NCBI GenBank assembly: GCA_903877165.1
Contig: CAIRCU010000006.1
Location: 2,580-66,579 of the forward strand
Reading direction: 5' to 3'
Length of the DNA: 64,000 nt
From: Methanobacteriota archaeon
Lineage (GTDB): Archaea; Thermoplasmatota; E2; DHVEG-1
Made by a program: the position numbers and the translations under genes. The notes beneath the pieces were generated by a model. The model was given only the letters and a program-made list of their open reading frames with translations, was not told where the DNA came from and did not search any database. Positions 44,420 to 54,401 of this stretch are shown one piece after another. Numbering within the stretch: the first letter of the stretch is position 1; every line of letters starts with the position of its first letter.

Positions 44420-45102
44420 CCGGCTTTATCGACCGCTATTTTCATGGGCTCCTGATAGAAGATCAGAGCCTCCTTACCGTTATCCGTCGAATAGTAGATA
44501 GGATACGCGCTGTTCGACGTGTCCCCTTCGACGAGCTCCGCGAAATGCATCTTGTTGAGGTGCCACTTGACGACATGATGGTTCATGTTCAGTGCATGGG
44601 CGATCTCCAGCAGATGCTTGCCGGGATGGTCGCTGATGAACTGCAGGATGTCCCGGGCGTTCTTGTTCCGAAGCACGGACTCGGCGATCGCCCGCTGTCG
44701 GACTTCAAGGCCGCCTTCGACGAGGTAGTACACCTTCTTGCCGCCGATAAGTCGGCTGCGCACCAGGTTCGTCTGCTCCAGTTTCCGCAGATGCCAGGCG
44801 GCGTTGCTCGGCTTCAGATCTAGCTCCCGGGCGATCTCCCGGAGATGCGAACCCGGGTACTCATCGATATAGTCATAGAGGTGCTTGCGCGTCTCCGTGT
44901 CCAAGACGTTCTCCGGCGTCACGTACTTGATGCCGCCATAGAAGAACAAGAAGCCAAAGATTACTGCCACGAGAATGATAATGACTGTGGTCGTGGCCGC
45001 TCCTGTTCCTTCCGACGGCGACGTCGATGCCAGCACGCCAGGGGCTACATTCAGCAAAAACACGACGGCTACGATGAACGCGATGCCTTCCTTGTACTGC
45101 AC
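44416..45102 (-). CDS. membrane-anchored transcriptional regulator with two ArsR-like wHTH domains
   Basis: Two N-terminal hydrophobic helices are present. The two wHTH units are HLREIARELDLKPSNAAWHLRKLEQTNLV and HLLEIAHALNMNHHVVKWHLNKMHFAELV. It is divergent from the paralog array. Confidence 0.6.
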   Translation of the reverse strand: MQYKEGIAFIVAVVFLLNVAPGVLASTSPSEGTGAATTTVIIILVAVIFGFLFFYGGIKYVTPENVLDTETRKHLYDYIDEYPGSHLREIARELDLKPSNAAWHLRKLEQTNLVRSRLIGGKKVYYLVEGGLEVRQRAIAESVLRNKNARDILQFISDHPGKHLLEIAHALNMNHHVVKWHLNKMHFAELVEGDTSNSAYPIYYSTDNGKEALIFYQEPMKIAVDKAG

Positions 45103-45357
45103 TGCTATCCCATCCTTATATTTCCTGCATCCCTACTATTAGGAAGACATCTCATCCCTCCTTAAAAAACTTCCCAGCCCATGTCCTACAGGAGGTCCAC
45201 CCAAATACGAACTTATTTAAAGAAGCTCCCTCTTTATATGTGGTGGATGCGGGAGGACAAAATGCAGGAAAAACAGCGAATTATACAAATTTTCTTCCGT
45301 TAACCTCTCACAGCCAAAGAGGACAAGAGAGTAAAATAGCCAAAGGGGAAAGGGGTT

Positions 45358-47742
45358 ATGGCTGCACGACGGAAAATGTATTCATTGATTATCCTGCTGT
45401 TGCTTCTGAGCGCGAATGCCGCGGCGATCGTCCCGGTTCTCGCTCAATCGACATCACCTGATTCTGAATCTCAACAAAGCGCAGCATCCGCAGTAAAAGA
45501 ACCATCCGTAGTCCCGTTTACCTTCACGGTCTACGGAAAAGACGGACTGCGAACGTACACCACTCAGATGCCGTTCGCTGACGCGCAAGCCATTCTCGCG
45601 TCCTGCCGCACTCTCGCCAACACTATGGTCAGCAACCCACAGGGGACGACAAATCCGGGTCTGCAAGATCAGCTCCTGACCACGCTCCTAGCGCATCATG
45701 CCATCCCACAAGAAATCAAAGACAACGTGCTCGCTGTCCTGCGTCAGACGCCCAGATTTCCCTTCAGTTCCCATGAGAGCCGACATCTCACCCAGTTCAA
45801 CTCCCAGGCAAGCGAATGGCTCTGCAGCTTCGCCTCTGCGGGGGATGGCTCCTCCCTACCGATTATCATCCTGCCGCGGTTCATCCCCTTTATCCTGACC
45901 CCGATTCCGCGTGTGATCATGCGATGGAACGCTGACTATGCGGTCACCTCCTGCGGTGCGCTGCGGTCAAGCAACGGGTTCATCGCCGAAGGCGCACAGA
46001 GCGGTATCGCCCTGGGATTCTGGGGCATCGGCTTCACCGTCCACCTTCCACCCTTCATGAACACCTACGGGTTGTTCGGATACGCGGTCTACTCCCATGT
46101 GACCTCGGACTACATCGAGTTCTACCCTCCGAACAATCCTCCGGAGATCTCCGGCAGTGACCCCGCCGACGGCCAAACGGATGTCCCTGTGGCGCTCAGC
46201 GAGCTTCGGTTCCGCCTCGCCGATGCGGACGGAGACCTCATGAGCTACAACGTAACCACCATCCCGGACATCGGCTCCGGCAGCGGTGGTCTCAAGCCTG
46301 ACGGCGTCTACTCCTTACCTGTCAGCGGATTGAAAGAACTCACGAAGTACTCGTGGACCGTCAGCGTATCAGACGGCAAGGACACCACCACTCAGACTTA
46401 TTCCTTCACGACCGAAGGCGTCTCCCCTATCGTCTCCAACCCCCGGCCCTTCGATGGGGAAAAGGAAGTCCAAACCGACCTCACCGAGCTGCGCTTCACC
46501 CTGCAAGACCCCCAGCATGACTTCATGAGCTACACCGTCCAGACCTCTCCGGACATCGGGTCCGCAAGCGCCACGAACGTCGCGGGAGGAACCTACACCG
46601 TGCCTGTCAACGGCCTGACCATCGGGACCCTCTACCATTGGTACATCAACGCCACCGACGGGACCCATTGGACTAGGATGGTCCTCAGCTTCACCTCAGG
46701 GTACCCCTCCCACTTCAACCCCTATGACTATGGATGGCAGTACCGAAAACAGATCACTATCGACCACACCAAGGTCACTGAGCCCCTCACGAACTTCACG
46801 GTCCTCATCAGCATCACGGACAGCGACCTGACGAAGGCACAAAGCGACGGAGGCGACATCCTCTTCATGGACAACACCGGTTCCGCCGTGAAGATCCACC
46901 ATGAAATCGATGTCTTCGACTCATCCACCGGCACGCTTGCCGCATGGGTCCAAGTCCCTGAGCTATCCTCCACCACTGACACGGTGTTCTACATGTACTA
47001 CGGGAACCCTACCTGCGTCGACCAAGCATACCCTCAGGAGACCTGGGATTCCTCGTACCTCGCAGTCTGGCACATGGGGGACGCAACGACTTCGACCATC
47101 ACGGACAGCACGAATAACGACAACACCGGGACGAAAGGCGTAGTCAACGGACCGACGGAGCAGGGCGGCGTGACCGGAACAAGCCAGGACTTCGACGGCA
47201 CCGACGACTACATCCAATTCACCACCCCCATCATCCCCACCGGGCCAAAGACCGTCACCGGATGGATCAAGCGGCATACCACGGCAGACTACGGTGTCGT
47301 CCTCGCGACCTCCACCGGGATTAGCAGCCTAGACCGCGGAACCGCGTGGACCATGATCCCCGGCAACGACAAAAAAATGCAGTGCTTCCTCGGCAACGAC
47401 GAGTACGGATCCCATTACATGACCGTCTACATCACGATCCCAGACCTGACGAATTGGCACTACTACGCTATGACCTACGACGGTACGACCCTGCAGATGT
47501 ACCTCGATGGGTCCTCCGATGTCTCGACGACCACCAAGGTCGGCAGCGAAACCCCGCCAGACTACAACCTCCGCATGGGCAAGACCAACCATCCTTCCTA
47601 CGTCTACCCCCTCGACGGCACCCTCGATGACATCACCATCTCGGATGTCCCCCGCAGCATCGGTTGGGTACAGACATCGTACCAGACGATGAGCGACCCC
47701 GCACACTTCTTCACTGAAGGACCGGAGGAACACGGTCCATAA
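45358..47742 (+). CDS. large secreted protein, paralog 1: novel N-domain + 2x Ig/FN3-like + DUF2341 + LamG (concanavalin-like)
   Basis: It has a signal peptide (LIILLLLLSANAAAIVPVLA). The DUF2341 signature is YGWQYRKQITIDH...NFTVLISITDSDL...DGGDILFMD...WVQVPELSS..DTVFYMYYGNP. The LamG_3-like C-terminus is LDDITISDVPRS. Confidence 0.7.
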   Translation: MAARRKMYSLIILLLLLSANAAAIVPVLAQSTSPDSESQQSAASAVKEPSVVPFTFTVYGKDGLRTYTTQMPFADAQAILASCRTLANTMVSNPQGTTNPGLQDQLLTTLLAHHAIPQEIKDNVLAVLRQTPRFPFSSHESRHLTQFNSQASEWLCSFASAGDGSSLPIIILPRFIPFILTPIPRVIMRWNADYAVTSCGALRSSNGFIAEGAQSGIALGFWGIGFTVHLPPFMNTYGLFGYAVYSHVTSDYIEFYPPNNPPEISGSDPADGQTDVPVALSELRFRLADADGDLMSYNVTTIPDIGSGSGGLKPDGVYSLPVSGLKELTKYSWTVSVSDGKDTTTQTYSFTTEGVSPIVSNPRPFDGEKEVQTDLTELRFTLQDPQHDFMSYTVQTSPDIGSASATNVAGGTYTVPVNGLTIGTLYHWYINATDGTHWTRMVLSFTSGYPSHFNPYDYGWQYRKQITIDHTKVTEPLTNFTVLISITDSDLTKAQSDGGDILFMDNTGSAVKIHHEIDVFDSSTGTLAAWVQVPELSSTTDTVFYMYYGNPTCVDQAYPQETWDSSYLAVWHMGDATTSTITDSTNNDNTGTKGVVNGPTEQGGVTGTSQDFDGTDDYIQFTTPIIPTGPKTVTGWIKRHTTADYGVVLATSTGISSLDRGTAWTMIPGNDKKMQCFLGNDEYGSHYMTVYITIPDLTNWHYYAMTYDGTTLQMYLDGSSDVSTTTKVGSETPPDYNLRMGKTNHPSYVYPLDGTLDDITISDVPRSIGWVQTSYQTMSDPAHFFTEGPEEHGP

Positions 47743-47762
47743 AAAAAATAGGAGATAGAATC

Positions 47763-50159
47763 ATGAGAAAAGAACGGTATAGTAAAATACAGCTTGTCCT
47801 CTGCATATGCCTCCTGTCGGTATTGCTCTGCGCAAGCCTAGCCCCTACCCTCGCAAGTCCGATATCCTACAACGCAACGCCACAAACGTCCAAGACGACG
47901 GTCGCAACAGAACCCCAGGCCATCCCCTTCACCGTCACGGTCTACGAAAAGACAGGGCTTCGTACCTACACGACCCAGATGAAGGAAAGCGACATCCAAG
48001 CCATCCTGCAGGAAGCATCAGCGCTGAGACTCGCTGTGCAGCACTCGCCGCAGGCAGAAGCAACCCAGCAGCTCCAAACGCAGTTTATCACCTCGTTACT
48101 TACGTATCAGGCGATACCGCAAGAAGCCAAGGACCAGGTGCTCGCCTCGCTGATGCAGCCGCCGACACTGCGCTCCCGCCACACTTCAGCTTCTCCCTTG
48201 TCCGGCACTAGCTCGGAAGGGACGGAATGGCTCTGCAACTTTGTCTCTGCTGGAGAAGGTTCCTCAGCGCCGATCATCATCCTGCCGCGGTTCATCCCCT
48301 TCATCCTCAGTCCCATCCCGCGTGTGTTCATGCGCTGGAGCGCTGACGACGCAATCACCTCCTGTGGCGCTCTACGGTCAAACAACGGGTTCGTCGCTGA
48401 AGGCGCACAGAGCGGTATCGCCCTGGGATTCTGGGGCATCGGCTTCACCGTCCACCTCCCGCCCCTCATGAACTCCTACGGTTTGTTCGGGTATGCTCTC
48501 TATGCGCATGTGACCGCTGATTACATAGAGTTCTTCCCGCCGAACAGCCCACCGGAGATCACGGGCGCTGACCCCGCCAATAATCAGCAGAACGTCCCGG
48601 TTACGCTGTCGGAACTGCGTTTCCAAATCGCTGACGCTGACCAGGATCTCATGAGTTACAACGTGACTACTTATCCGGATATCGGCTCCGGCAGTGGCGG
48701 CCTCAAATCCGATGGTGTCTACACGATTCCGATTAGCGGCCTGCAGGAACTCGCGAGCTACACCTGGCATGTCACGGTCAGTGACGGAAAGGATACAACG
48801 GATCAGACCTACAAGTTCACCACTGAAGCCGTAGCCCCGGTCATCTCAAACCCAAATCCTGCCGATGGGGAGCGCGAAGTCCCCATGGACATCCCTCAGC
48901 TTCAGTTCACCCTGAAAGACTACCAGCATGATGCCATGGACTATACTGTCGTGACGCAGCCAGATATCGGATCTGTTCAAGCCACAGGGGTCCACGATGG
49001 AACCTACACGGTCCCCGTGTCCGGTCTCACCTATGGCGTGACCTATCGATGGTTCATCAATGCGACCGACGGTACGCACTGGACCAGGAAGGTTCTTTCC
49101 TTCATCACGGGATACCCGTCGATTTTCGATCCATACGACTACGGCTGGCACTATCGCAAGCAGATCACCATCATACACGGCCAGGTCGCTGCCGACCTTC
49201 AGAACTTCCCGGTCCTCATCAGCATGACGGACCCAGATCTCGTTAGAGCACAGGCGGATGGCGCGGATTTCTTGTTCATGAGCGGACCAGGGCCCGCCAC
49301 CAAATGGCACCATGAGATTGAGACTTTCACGCACGACTCCGGCAGCCTTGTCGCCTGGGTCAACATCCCGCAGCTGTCCTCAACCCAGGACACCACCTTT
49401 TACCTGTACTATGGGAATCCGAACAGCTCTGACCAACAATATCCTGAAAAAACCTGGGATTCGTCAACCCTTGCCGTCTGGCATATGAATGACGCCACCA
49501 CATCGACTATCAAGGACAGCACGGGGCATGGTTTCACAGGCGTCAAGAAGGCGGCGTTGATGCCTTCGCAATGGTCCGGGAAGGTCGGCTATGGGCAGCT
49601 CTTCAACCTCACAGATTCAATATGGGAGTACATCGTCGTTTACGATCAAGGAGGCCTCAGCATCCCCAATGATTTCACCCTCTCTGCATGGATTCTGCCT
49701 TACACCGATGCTGGCATGAACGTCGCAGGGAAGCACCAGGAGATCCGGGCAGATTATTCGGGATATGCCATCCATTGGAACGTAGTGGGTTCTGAGACGA
49801 AGATGTCCCTGCGTTGCGATGGAGGCGGGTACGCATACCAATACATCTATGCGGACAACCAAGTTCCCAGCAATACCTGGTACTATTTGTCTGGTGAGAA
49901 GCGACTCGGGACGAACTATGTGTTCGTCGACGGCCAGCAGCAGAGCCATACCGGGACACAGTCCCTCCTCAACTCCGAGTACCCGTTCTGCATCGGTGCT
50001 TGGACGACTGACCCGAATAGCATCAACTTCAATGGCGTCATCGATGAGGTCCGCCTCTCGTCCACAGGTCGATCCCCTGCGTGGATCCAGACCGAGTATC
50101 ACACCATGAGTGATCCTGCATCGTTCTTCACGGTAGGGCCTGAGGAACATAGTCCATAA
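47763..50159 (+). CDS. large secreted protein, paralog 2 (same architecture)
   Basis: It has a signal peptide, a conserved N-domain (QSGIALGFWGIGFTVHLPP), DUF2341 (YGWHYRKQITIIHG...FYLYYGNP) and a LamG-like C-terminus (IDEVRLSSTGRSPAWIQTEY). Confidence 0.7.
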   Translation: MRKERYSKIQLVLCICLLSVLLCASLAPTLASPISYNATPQTSKTTVATEPQAIPFTVTVYEKTGLRTYTTQMKESDIQAILQEASALRLAVQHSPQAEATQQLQTQFITSLLTYQAIPQEAKDQVLASLMQPPTLRSRHTSASPLSGTSSEGTEWLCNFVSAGEGSSAPIIILPRFIPFILSPIPRVFMRWSADDAITSCGALRSNNGFVAEGAQSGIALGFWGIGFTVHLPPLMNSYGLFGYALYAHVTADYIEFFPPNSPPEITGADPANNQQNVPVTLSELRFQIADADQDLMSYNVTTYPDIGSGSGGLKSDGVYTIPISGLQELASYTWHVTVSDGKDTTDQTYKFTTEAVAPVISNPNPADGEREVPMDIPQLQFTLKDYQHDAMDYTVVTQPDIGSVQATGVHDGTYTVPVSGLTYGVTYRWFINATDGTHWTRKVLSFITGYPSIFDPYDYGWHYRKQITIIHGQVAADLQNFPVLISMTDPDLVRAQADGADFLFMSGPGPATKWHHEIETFTHDSGSLVAWVNIPQLSSTQDTTFYLYYGNPNSSDQQYPEKTWDSSTLAVWHMNDATTSTIKDSTGHGFTGVKKAALMPSQWSGKVGYGQLFNLTDSIWEYIVVYDQGGLSIPNDFTLSAWILPYTDAGMNVAGKHQEIRADYSGYAIHWNVVGSETKMSLRCDGGGYAYQYIYADNQVPSNTWYYLSGEKRLGTNYVFVDGQQQSHTGTQSLLNSEYPFCIGAWTTDPNSINFNGVIDEVRLSSTGRSPAWIQTEYHTMSDPASFFTVGPEEHSP

Positions 50160-50178
50160 GTCAAATGAAGGGAAAGAT

Positions 50179-52551
50179 ATGGGAGCGAGATCGTATCGGA
50201 AAAAATGGTCCGCCGTCTGCATCGGTCTACTGATGCTTTCAGTTTGTGCAAGCATCATCCCTGGATCCGCGGGTACTCCATCTAAGGATGTTGCCGTTCA
50301 AAGCGAAAGGACTATGGTTGCGGCAAGTCCACATACTATCCCCGTCACAGTCACCCTTTACGAAAAGACAGGGCTTCGTACCTACACGACCCAGATGAAG
50401 GAAAGCGACATCCAAGCCATCCTGCAGGAAGCCTCAGCGTTGAGACTCGCTATGCAACGCTCGCCGCAGACAGAAGCAACCCAGCAGCTCCAAACGCAGT
50501 TTATCACCTCGTTACTTACGTATCAGGCGATCCCGCAGGAAGCCAAGGACCAGGTGCTCGCCTCGCTGATGCAGCCGCCGGCCCTGCGCTCCCGCCACAC
50601 TTCAGCTTCTCCTTTGTCCGGCACTAGCTCGGAAGGGACGGAATGGCTCTGCAGCTTCGCCTCAGCCGGGGAAGGTGCATCCTTGCCGATTATCATCCTG
50701 CCGCGGTTCATTCCCTTCATCCTCAGCCCCATCCCGCGTGTGTTCATGCGCTGGAGCGCTACCGATGCGGTCACCTCCTGCGGTGCGCTGCGGTCAAACA
50801 ACGGGTTCGTCGCCATGGGTCAGCAGCAGGGCATCGCCCTGGGATTCTGGGGCATCGGCTTCACCGTCCACCTCCCGCCCCTCATGAACTCCTACGGATT
50901 GTTCGGATATGCGCTCTATTCGCATGTGACCGCCGAGTACATGGAGTACTACCCGCCGAACAGCCCACCGGAGATCATAGAGACCGATCCTGCAGATGGT
51001 CAACAAATGGTTTCTCTGTCTACCACCGACCTACGTTTCAGCATTAAGGATGTCGACGGGGATCTCATGAGCTACAACGTGACGACGTCTCCAGACATCG
51101 GTTCCGGCAGCGGCGGCCTGAAGCCAGGCGGATTATATTCTATCCCGATAAGTGGGCTGGAGAGTTTCACTCAATACACTTGGCATATCCAGGTAAGTGA
51201 CAGCAAAGATACCATTGAAAAAACCTTGACGTTTACCACAGAGCCGGTAGCACCAGTTATTTCGAATCCATCACCAGCAGATAGGGAACGTTATGTACCA
51301 ACCGACCTCCAACAGCTACAGTTCACCTTAAAGGATTTTCAAGGTGACGCGATCAACTATACTGTTGAAACCTCGCCCTTCATCGGCTCCGGAAGTGGTA
51401 CCGGTGTACACAACGGTACCTATACCGTAGCTGTCAGCGGTCTCGAAAACTCCACGACATACCGATGGTACATCAACGCGACAGATGGCACACACTGGAC
51501 ACGAACAACATTCAGATTTGATACCGGGTTCCCTGCCAACTTCGATCCCTTTGAACACGGCTGGCATTATCGGAAACAGATCACTATTGGCCACACTAAC
51601 ATCCCTCAGGATTTGGCCAATTTCCCAGTCTTAGTAAGCACCGTTGATACTGATCTTCAAGAGAAAGCACAACCAAACGGTGACGACATCCTTTTCATGA
51701 ACAATACTGGTTTCGCTACACGGTTAAACTATGAGATAGAGCAATACGACGGGTCCCTCGGAAAGCTCATCGCCTGGGTCAATATCACACAGCTTTCATC
51801 GAATGAAGACACCACGTTTTATATGTATTATGGAAATCCAACAACCCTGAGTCAACAAAATCCAGAAAAAACCTGGGATTCAAATTATGTGGCTGTATGG
51901 CATTTCGGAGAAACATCAGGAACAAATATTGCAGACAGCACGTCAAACCACTTCAACGCAACAGCGAATACCTATACCCCAGTCACGGCTGGGCGTATAG
52001 GAAACGGAAGATATTTCGATATGACAAATAGTGAAATATACGTTGGTACTCCATCAGCATTTGGTGGTATGACTTCATATACGGTCGAGTCCTGGGCAAA
52101 TCCAAAAAGCATAAGCGGGGAACATAGGATATTTGATAGGAGTGGACAAAGCAATCCAAATACTATTTTATTCTATCAGAACAATGCTTTGTCATATTTG
52201 ACTACAAATAATGTTGATTCCTCAAGTTACATAAATGCCTTTACTGTCGATAGTTGGACACATGCAGTCGGGGTATTCACGGGTTCAAGTGGGGAAAGCG
52301 CCGTCTATAAAAATGGAGTAAAAGGCATGCCAATTACGACAACACAAGCCAATCCATCTGCCGGGAATTTCACGATATACATAGGGCGAGCATGCCTAAG
52401 TTCTTCTTCATCGTATAGATGGTATGGAACCCTTGATGAACTGCGTTTCTCAAAAATAGCTAGAACCTCTGCATGGATTAGCGTTTCATACCAGAATCAA
52501 GACGATCCAACGGGGTTCATGAATATCGGACCTGAAGAACCAGGCCCCTAG
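50179..52551 (+). CDS. large secreted protein, paralog 3 (same architecture)
   Basis: It has a signal peptide, a conserved N-domain, DUF2341 (HGWHYRKQITIGHT...FYMYYGNP) and a LamG-like C-terminus (LDELRFSKIARTSAWISVSY). Confidence 0.7.
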   Translation: MGARSYRKKWSAVCIGLLMLSVCASIIPGSAGTPSKDVAVQSERTMVAASPHTIPVTVTLYEKTGLRTYTTQMKESDIQAILQEASALRLAMQRSPQTEATQQLQTQFITSLLTYQAIPQEAKDQVLASLMQPPALRSRHTSASPLSGTSSEGTEWLCSFASAGEGASLPIIILPRFIPFILSPIPRVFMRWSATDAVTSCGALRSNNGFVAMGQQQGIALGFWGIGFTVHLPPLMNSYGLFGYALYSHVTAEYMEYYPPNSPPEIIETDPADGQQMVSLSTTDLRFSIKDVDGDLMSYNVTTSPDIGSGSGGLKPGGLYSIPISGLESFTQYTWHIQVSDSKDTIEKTLTFTTEPVAPVISNPSPADRERYVPTDLQQLQFTLKDFQGDAINYTVETSPFIGSGSGTGVHNGTYTVAVSGLENSTTYRWYINATDGTHWTRTTFRFDTGFPANFDPFEHGWHYRKQITIGHTNIPQDLANFPVLVSTVDTDLQEKAQPNGDDILFMNNTGFATRLNYEIEQYDGSLGKLIAWVNITQLSSNEDTTFYMYYGNPTTLSQQNPEKTWDSNYVAVWHFGETSGTNIADSTSNHFNATANTYTPVTAGRIGNGRYFDMTNSEIYVGTPSAFGGMTSYTVESWANPKSISGEHRIFDRSGQSNPNTILFYQNNALSYLTTNNVDSSSYINAFTVDSWTHAVGVFTGSSGESAVYKNGVKGMPITTTQANPSAGNFTIYIGRACLSSSSSYRWYGTLDELRFSKIARTSAWISVSYQNQDDPTGFMNIGPEEPGP

Positions 52552-52566
52552 TTTTTTTCTTTTACA
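52552..52566 (+). terminator. oligo-T tract (TTTTTTTCTTTT) immediately after the third paralog
   Basis: A T7 run follows directly after the TAG stop. Confidence 0.25.
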
Positions 52567-52579
52567 TTGATATGCATGG

Positions 52580-52642
52580 TATCACACCATGAGCGATCCT
52601 GCATCGTTCCACACCGTAGGCCCGGAAGAACAGGGAGTCTAA
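52580..52642 (+). pseudogene. 63-bp relic of the 3' end of a fourth paralog
   Basis: It encodes YHTMSDPASFHTVGPEEQGV*, which matches the C-termini of paralogs 2 and 3 (YHTMSDPASFFTVGPEEHSP) at near-identical DNA. No upstream coding sequence remains. Confidence 0.7.
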
Positions 52643-52688
52643 CCGGTCCTACCTTACTCCTGTGAGAATAGATTCGTCCGTGAAGTCC

Positions 52689-54395
52689 TTAATTATGGGT
52701 AAGAACGCCGGTCAGAGTGGGTTTTTGGCTTTCGATGCGAACAAAACCGAACCGTTCAAACTGAACGGTCTCTCCAGGCGGGATGCCTCCAACCGCCTGC
52801 TCTGCGAACCCCTCCACCGTCCGAAGGCTCTCGGCGTTGAACGTGTCGTTAACGAAGATCGGCCCCGGAACGATAACAGTCATCCTTATGAACTGATCTG
52901 ATGTCCACTGGATCTTCGCGGTATCAGCGAGGAGCTTCTCGCCTGCGTAGCTACCGTTCACCTCGTTGTCTATATGGGTAACCCTGACGTTGAACAGGTC
53001 TTTGAGCCGGATTGTGTCTCCCACCTTGAATCGAGCTACATCCTCCTTTGGGATGTAGAAGGTGGATGATACTTTTACTTCTCGCTCTCCCATCGCGGCC
53101 GTGGGATGCAGTCGGATTCGTTTCGTCTTCAACGGGGCACCAATGACCGTGAGTTTCACCGGCTGCGGGACGAAGAAATACCGTTTGACCCGCGGGTCGA
53201 GGTACTTGCGGTTGGCGGCTTCGACCAGGCTGAAATCCACGACTGATTCGACCTTCGAAGTGCCCTGGGAGAGTACGAACAGGCGGATTGCCTCCGGGGT
53301 GATCCCCCGGTGTCGCAGCCCCCGCAGCGTCGGCAGACGTACGTCATCATACCCAGAGACGAGGCCCTGCTCGATGAGCGGCTTGATTTTCCGTTTTGAC
53401 ACCGGCATCCCCTCGATGGAGAGCCTGGCGAACTCGATGAGATGAGGCTTGCGGAGCTTGAGTTTATCGAGAATGTAGAAGTACACCTCGTCGCGCAGCT
53501 CGTATTCTTTCGTGCGGAACGGGTGCGTCACCCCGCTGATGCTGTCTTCGACTGCGCCTGCGAAATCGTACGTCGGCCACAGCCGGTACTTCGTCCCAGT
53601 GAGCGGATGCGGCGACTCGATCACCCGGAACAGCGTAGGATCACGCATGGCGGTATTGGCACTGCTCATGTCCGCCTTCAACCGTAGGATTGCGTTCTTC
53701 ACTGTCCCGTTTTGCAGTCCTTCAAACAACTCAAGGGATTCTTTCCCCCGAGACCGACACGCGCACGCAATGCCCTTGAACCTGGAATCCCGAATCACTT
53801 CCGAGGAGCACGTACAGACGTAGGCGTCCCCCTGGATGATGAGTTGTCTGGCGAGCTGATAATGAACGGGGAGATGATCGGAGGTATTGTACTCTTCATT
53901 CCAGGTTATCCCAAGCCACTGGAGGTCCTCTTTCTGCGCCTGGTAGAACTCGACCTGCGCGTTCTCCGGGTTCGTATCATCAAACCGCAGGATGAACTTC
54001 CCGTCGTACATCCTCGCGTACTCGCTGTCGATGATCGCGGCCTTCGCATGACCGATGTGCAGATAGCCGTTCGGCTCCGGAGGAAACCGTGTCACGACCT
54101 TTCCTTTCTCCGCAGCTGGGAGCGGCGGCAGTGAAAAATCCCGTTCTTTCTTCTCCTTCACAAGCAACTCTGGTGCGAGACGAGTAAGTTCGGCACGTTG
54201 CTGCTCAAGAGAGAGACTGTTGACTTCTGAGACGACCTCATGGACCACCAGGTTGATTTCCTGGGGCGTCACCGGGGTTCCTTTGAAGGCAGCGATGACC
54301 TTCCCAGCGACCGCCTTCTCGTTCGCCTTCCCGTTGAACTGCACTGAGTTCTGCAGCGCAAATTTCCGCGCCTCCTCAGGAATCGACCCAGGCAT
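52689..54395 (-). CDS. gltX: glutamyl-tRNA synthetase, archaeal/eukaryotic GlxRS type
   Basis: [21 protein letters not shown] is the HIGH motif and MPVSKRK is the KMSKS motif. The archaeal-type C-terminal anticodon-binding domain gives 568 aa. Confidence 0.85.
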   Translation of the reverse strand: MPGSIPEEARKFALQNSVQFNGKANEKAVAGKVIAAFKGTPVTPQEINLVVHEVVSEVNSLSLEQQRAELTRLAPELLVKEKKERDFSLPPLPAAEKGKVVTRFPPEPNGYLHIGHAKAAIIDSEYARMYDGKFILRFDDTNPENAQVEFYQAQKEDLQWLGITWNEEYNTSDHLPVHYQLARQLIIQGDAYVCTCSSEVIRDSRFKGIACACRSRGKESLELFEGLQNGTVKNAILRLKADMSSANTAMRDPTLFRVIESPHPLTGTKYRLWPTYDFAGAVEDSISGVTHPFRTKEYELRDEVYFYILDKLKLRKPHLIEFARLSIEGMPVSKRKIKPLIEQGLVSGYDDVRLPTLRGLRHRGITPEAIRLFVLSQGTSKVESVVDFSLVEAANRKYLDPRVKRYFFVPQPVKLTVIGAPLKTKRIRLHPTAAMGEREVKVSSTFYIPKEDVARFKVGDTIRLKDLFNVRVTHIDNEVNGSYAGEKLLADTAKIQWTSDQFIRMTVIVPGPIFVNDTFNAESLRTVEGFAEQAVGGIPPGETVQFERFGFVRIESQKPTLTGVLTHN

Positions 54396-54401
54396 CGCCC
54401 T

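Larger units (their letters stand above)
45358..52642 (+). repeat. tandem array of three ~2.4-kb paralogous genes plus a 63-bp relic of a fourth
   Basis: Copies 2 and 3 share long DNA-identical stretches, for example the identical run at 47937-48030 and 50337-50430. Copy 1 is more diverged. Confidence 0.8.
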
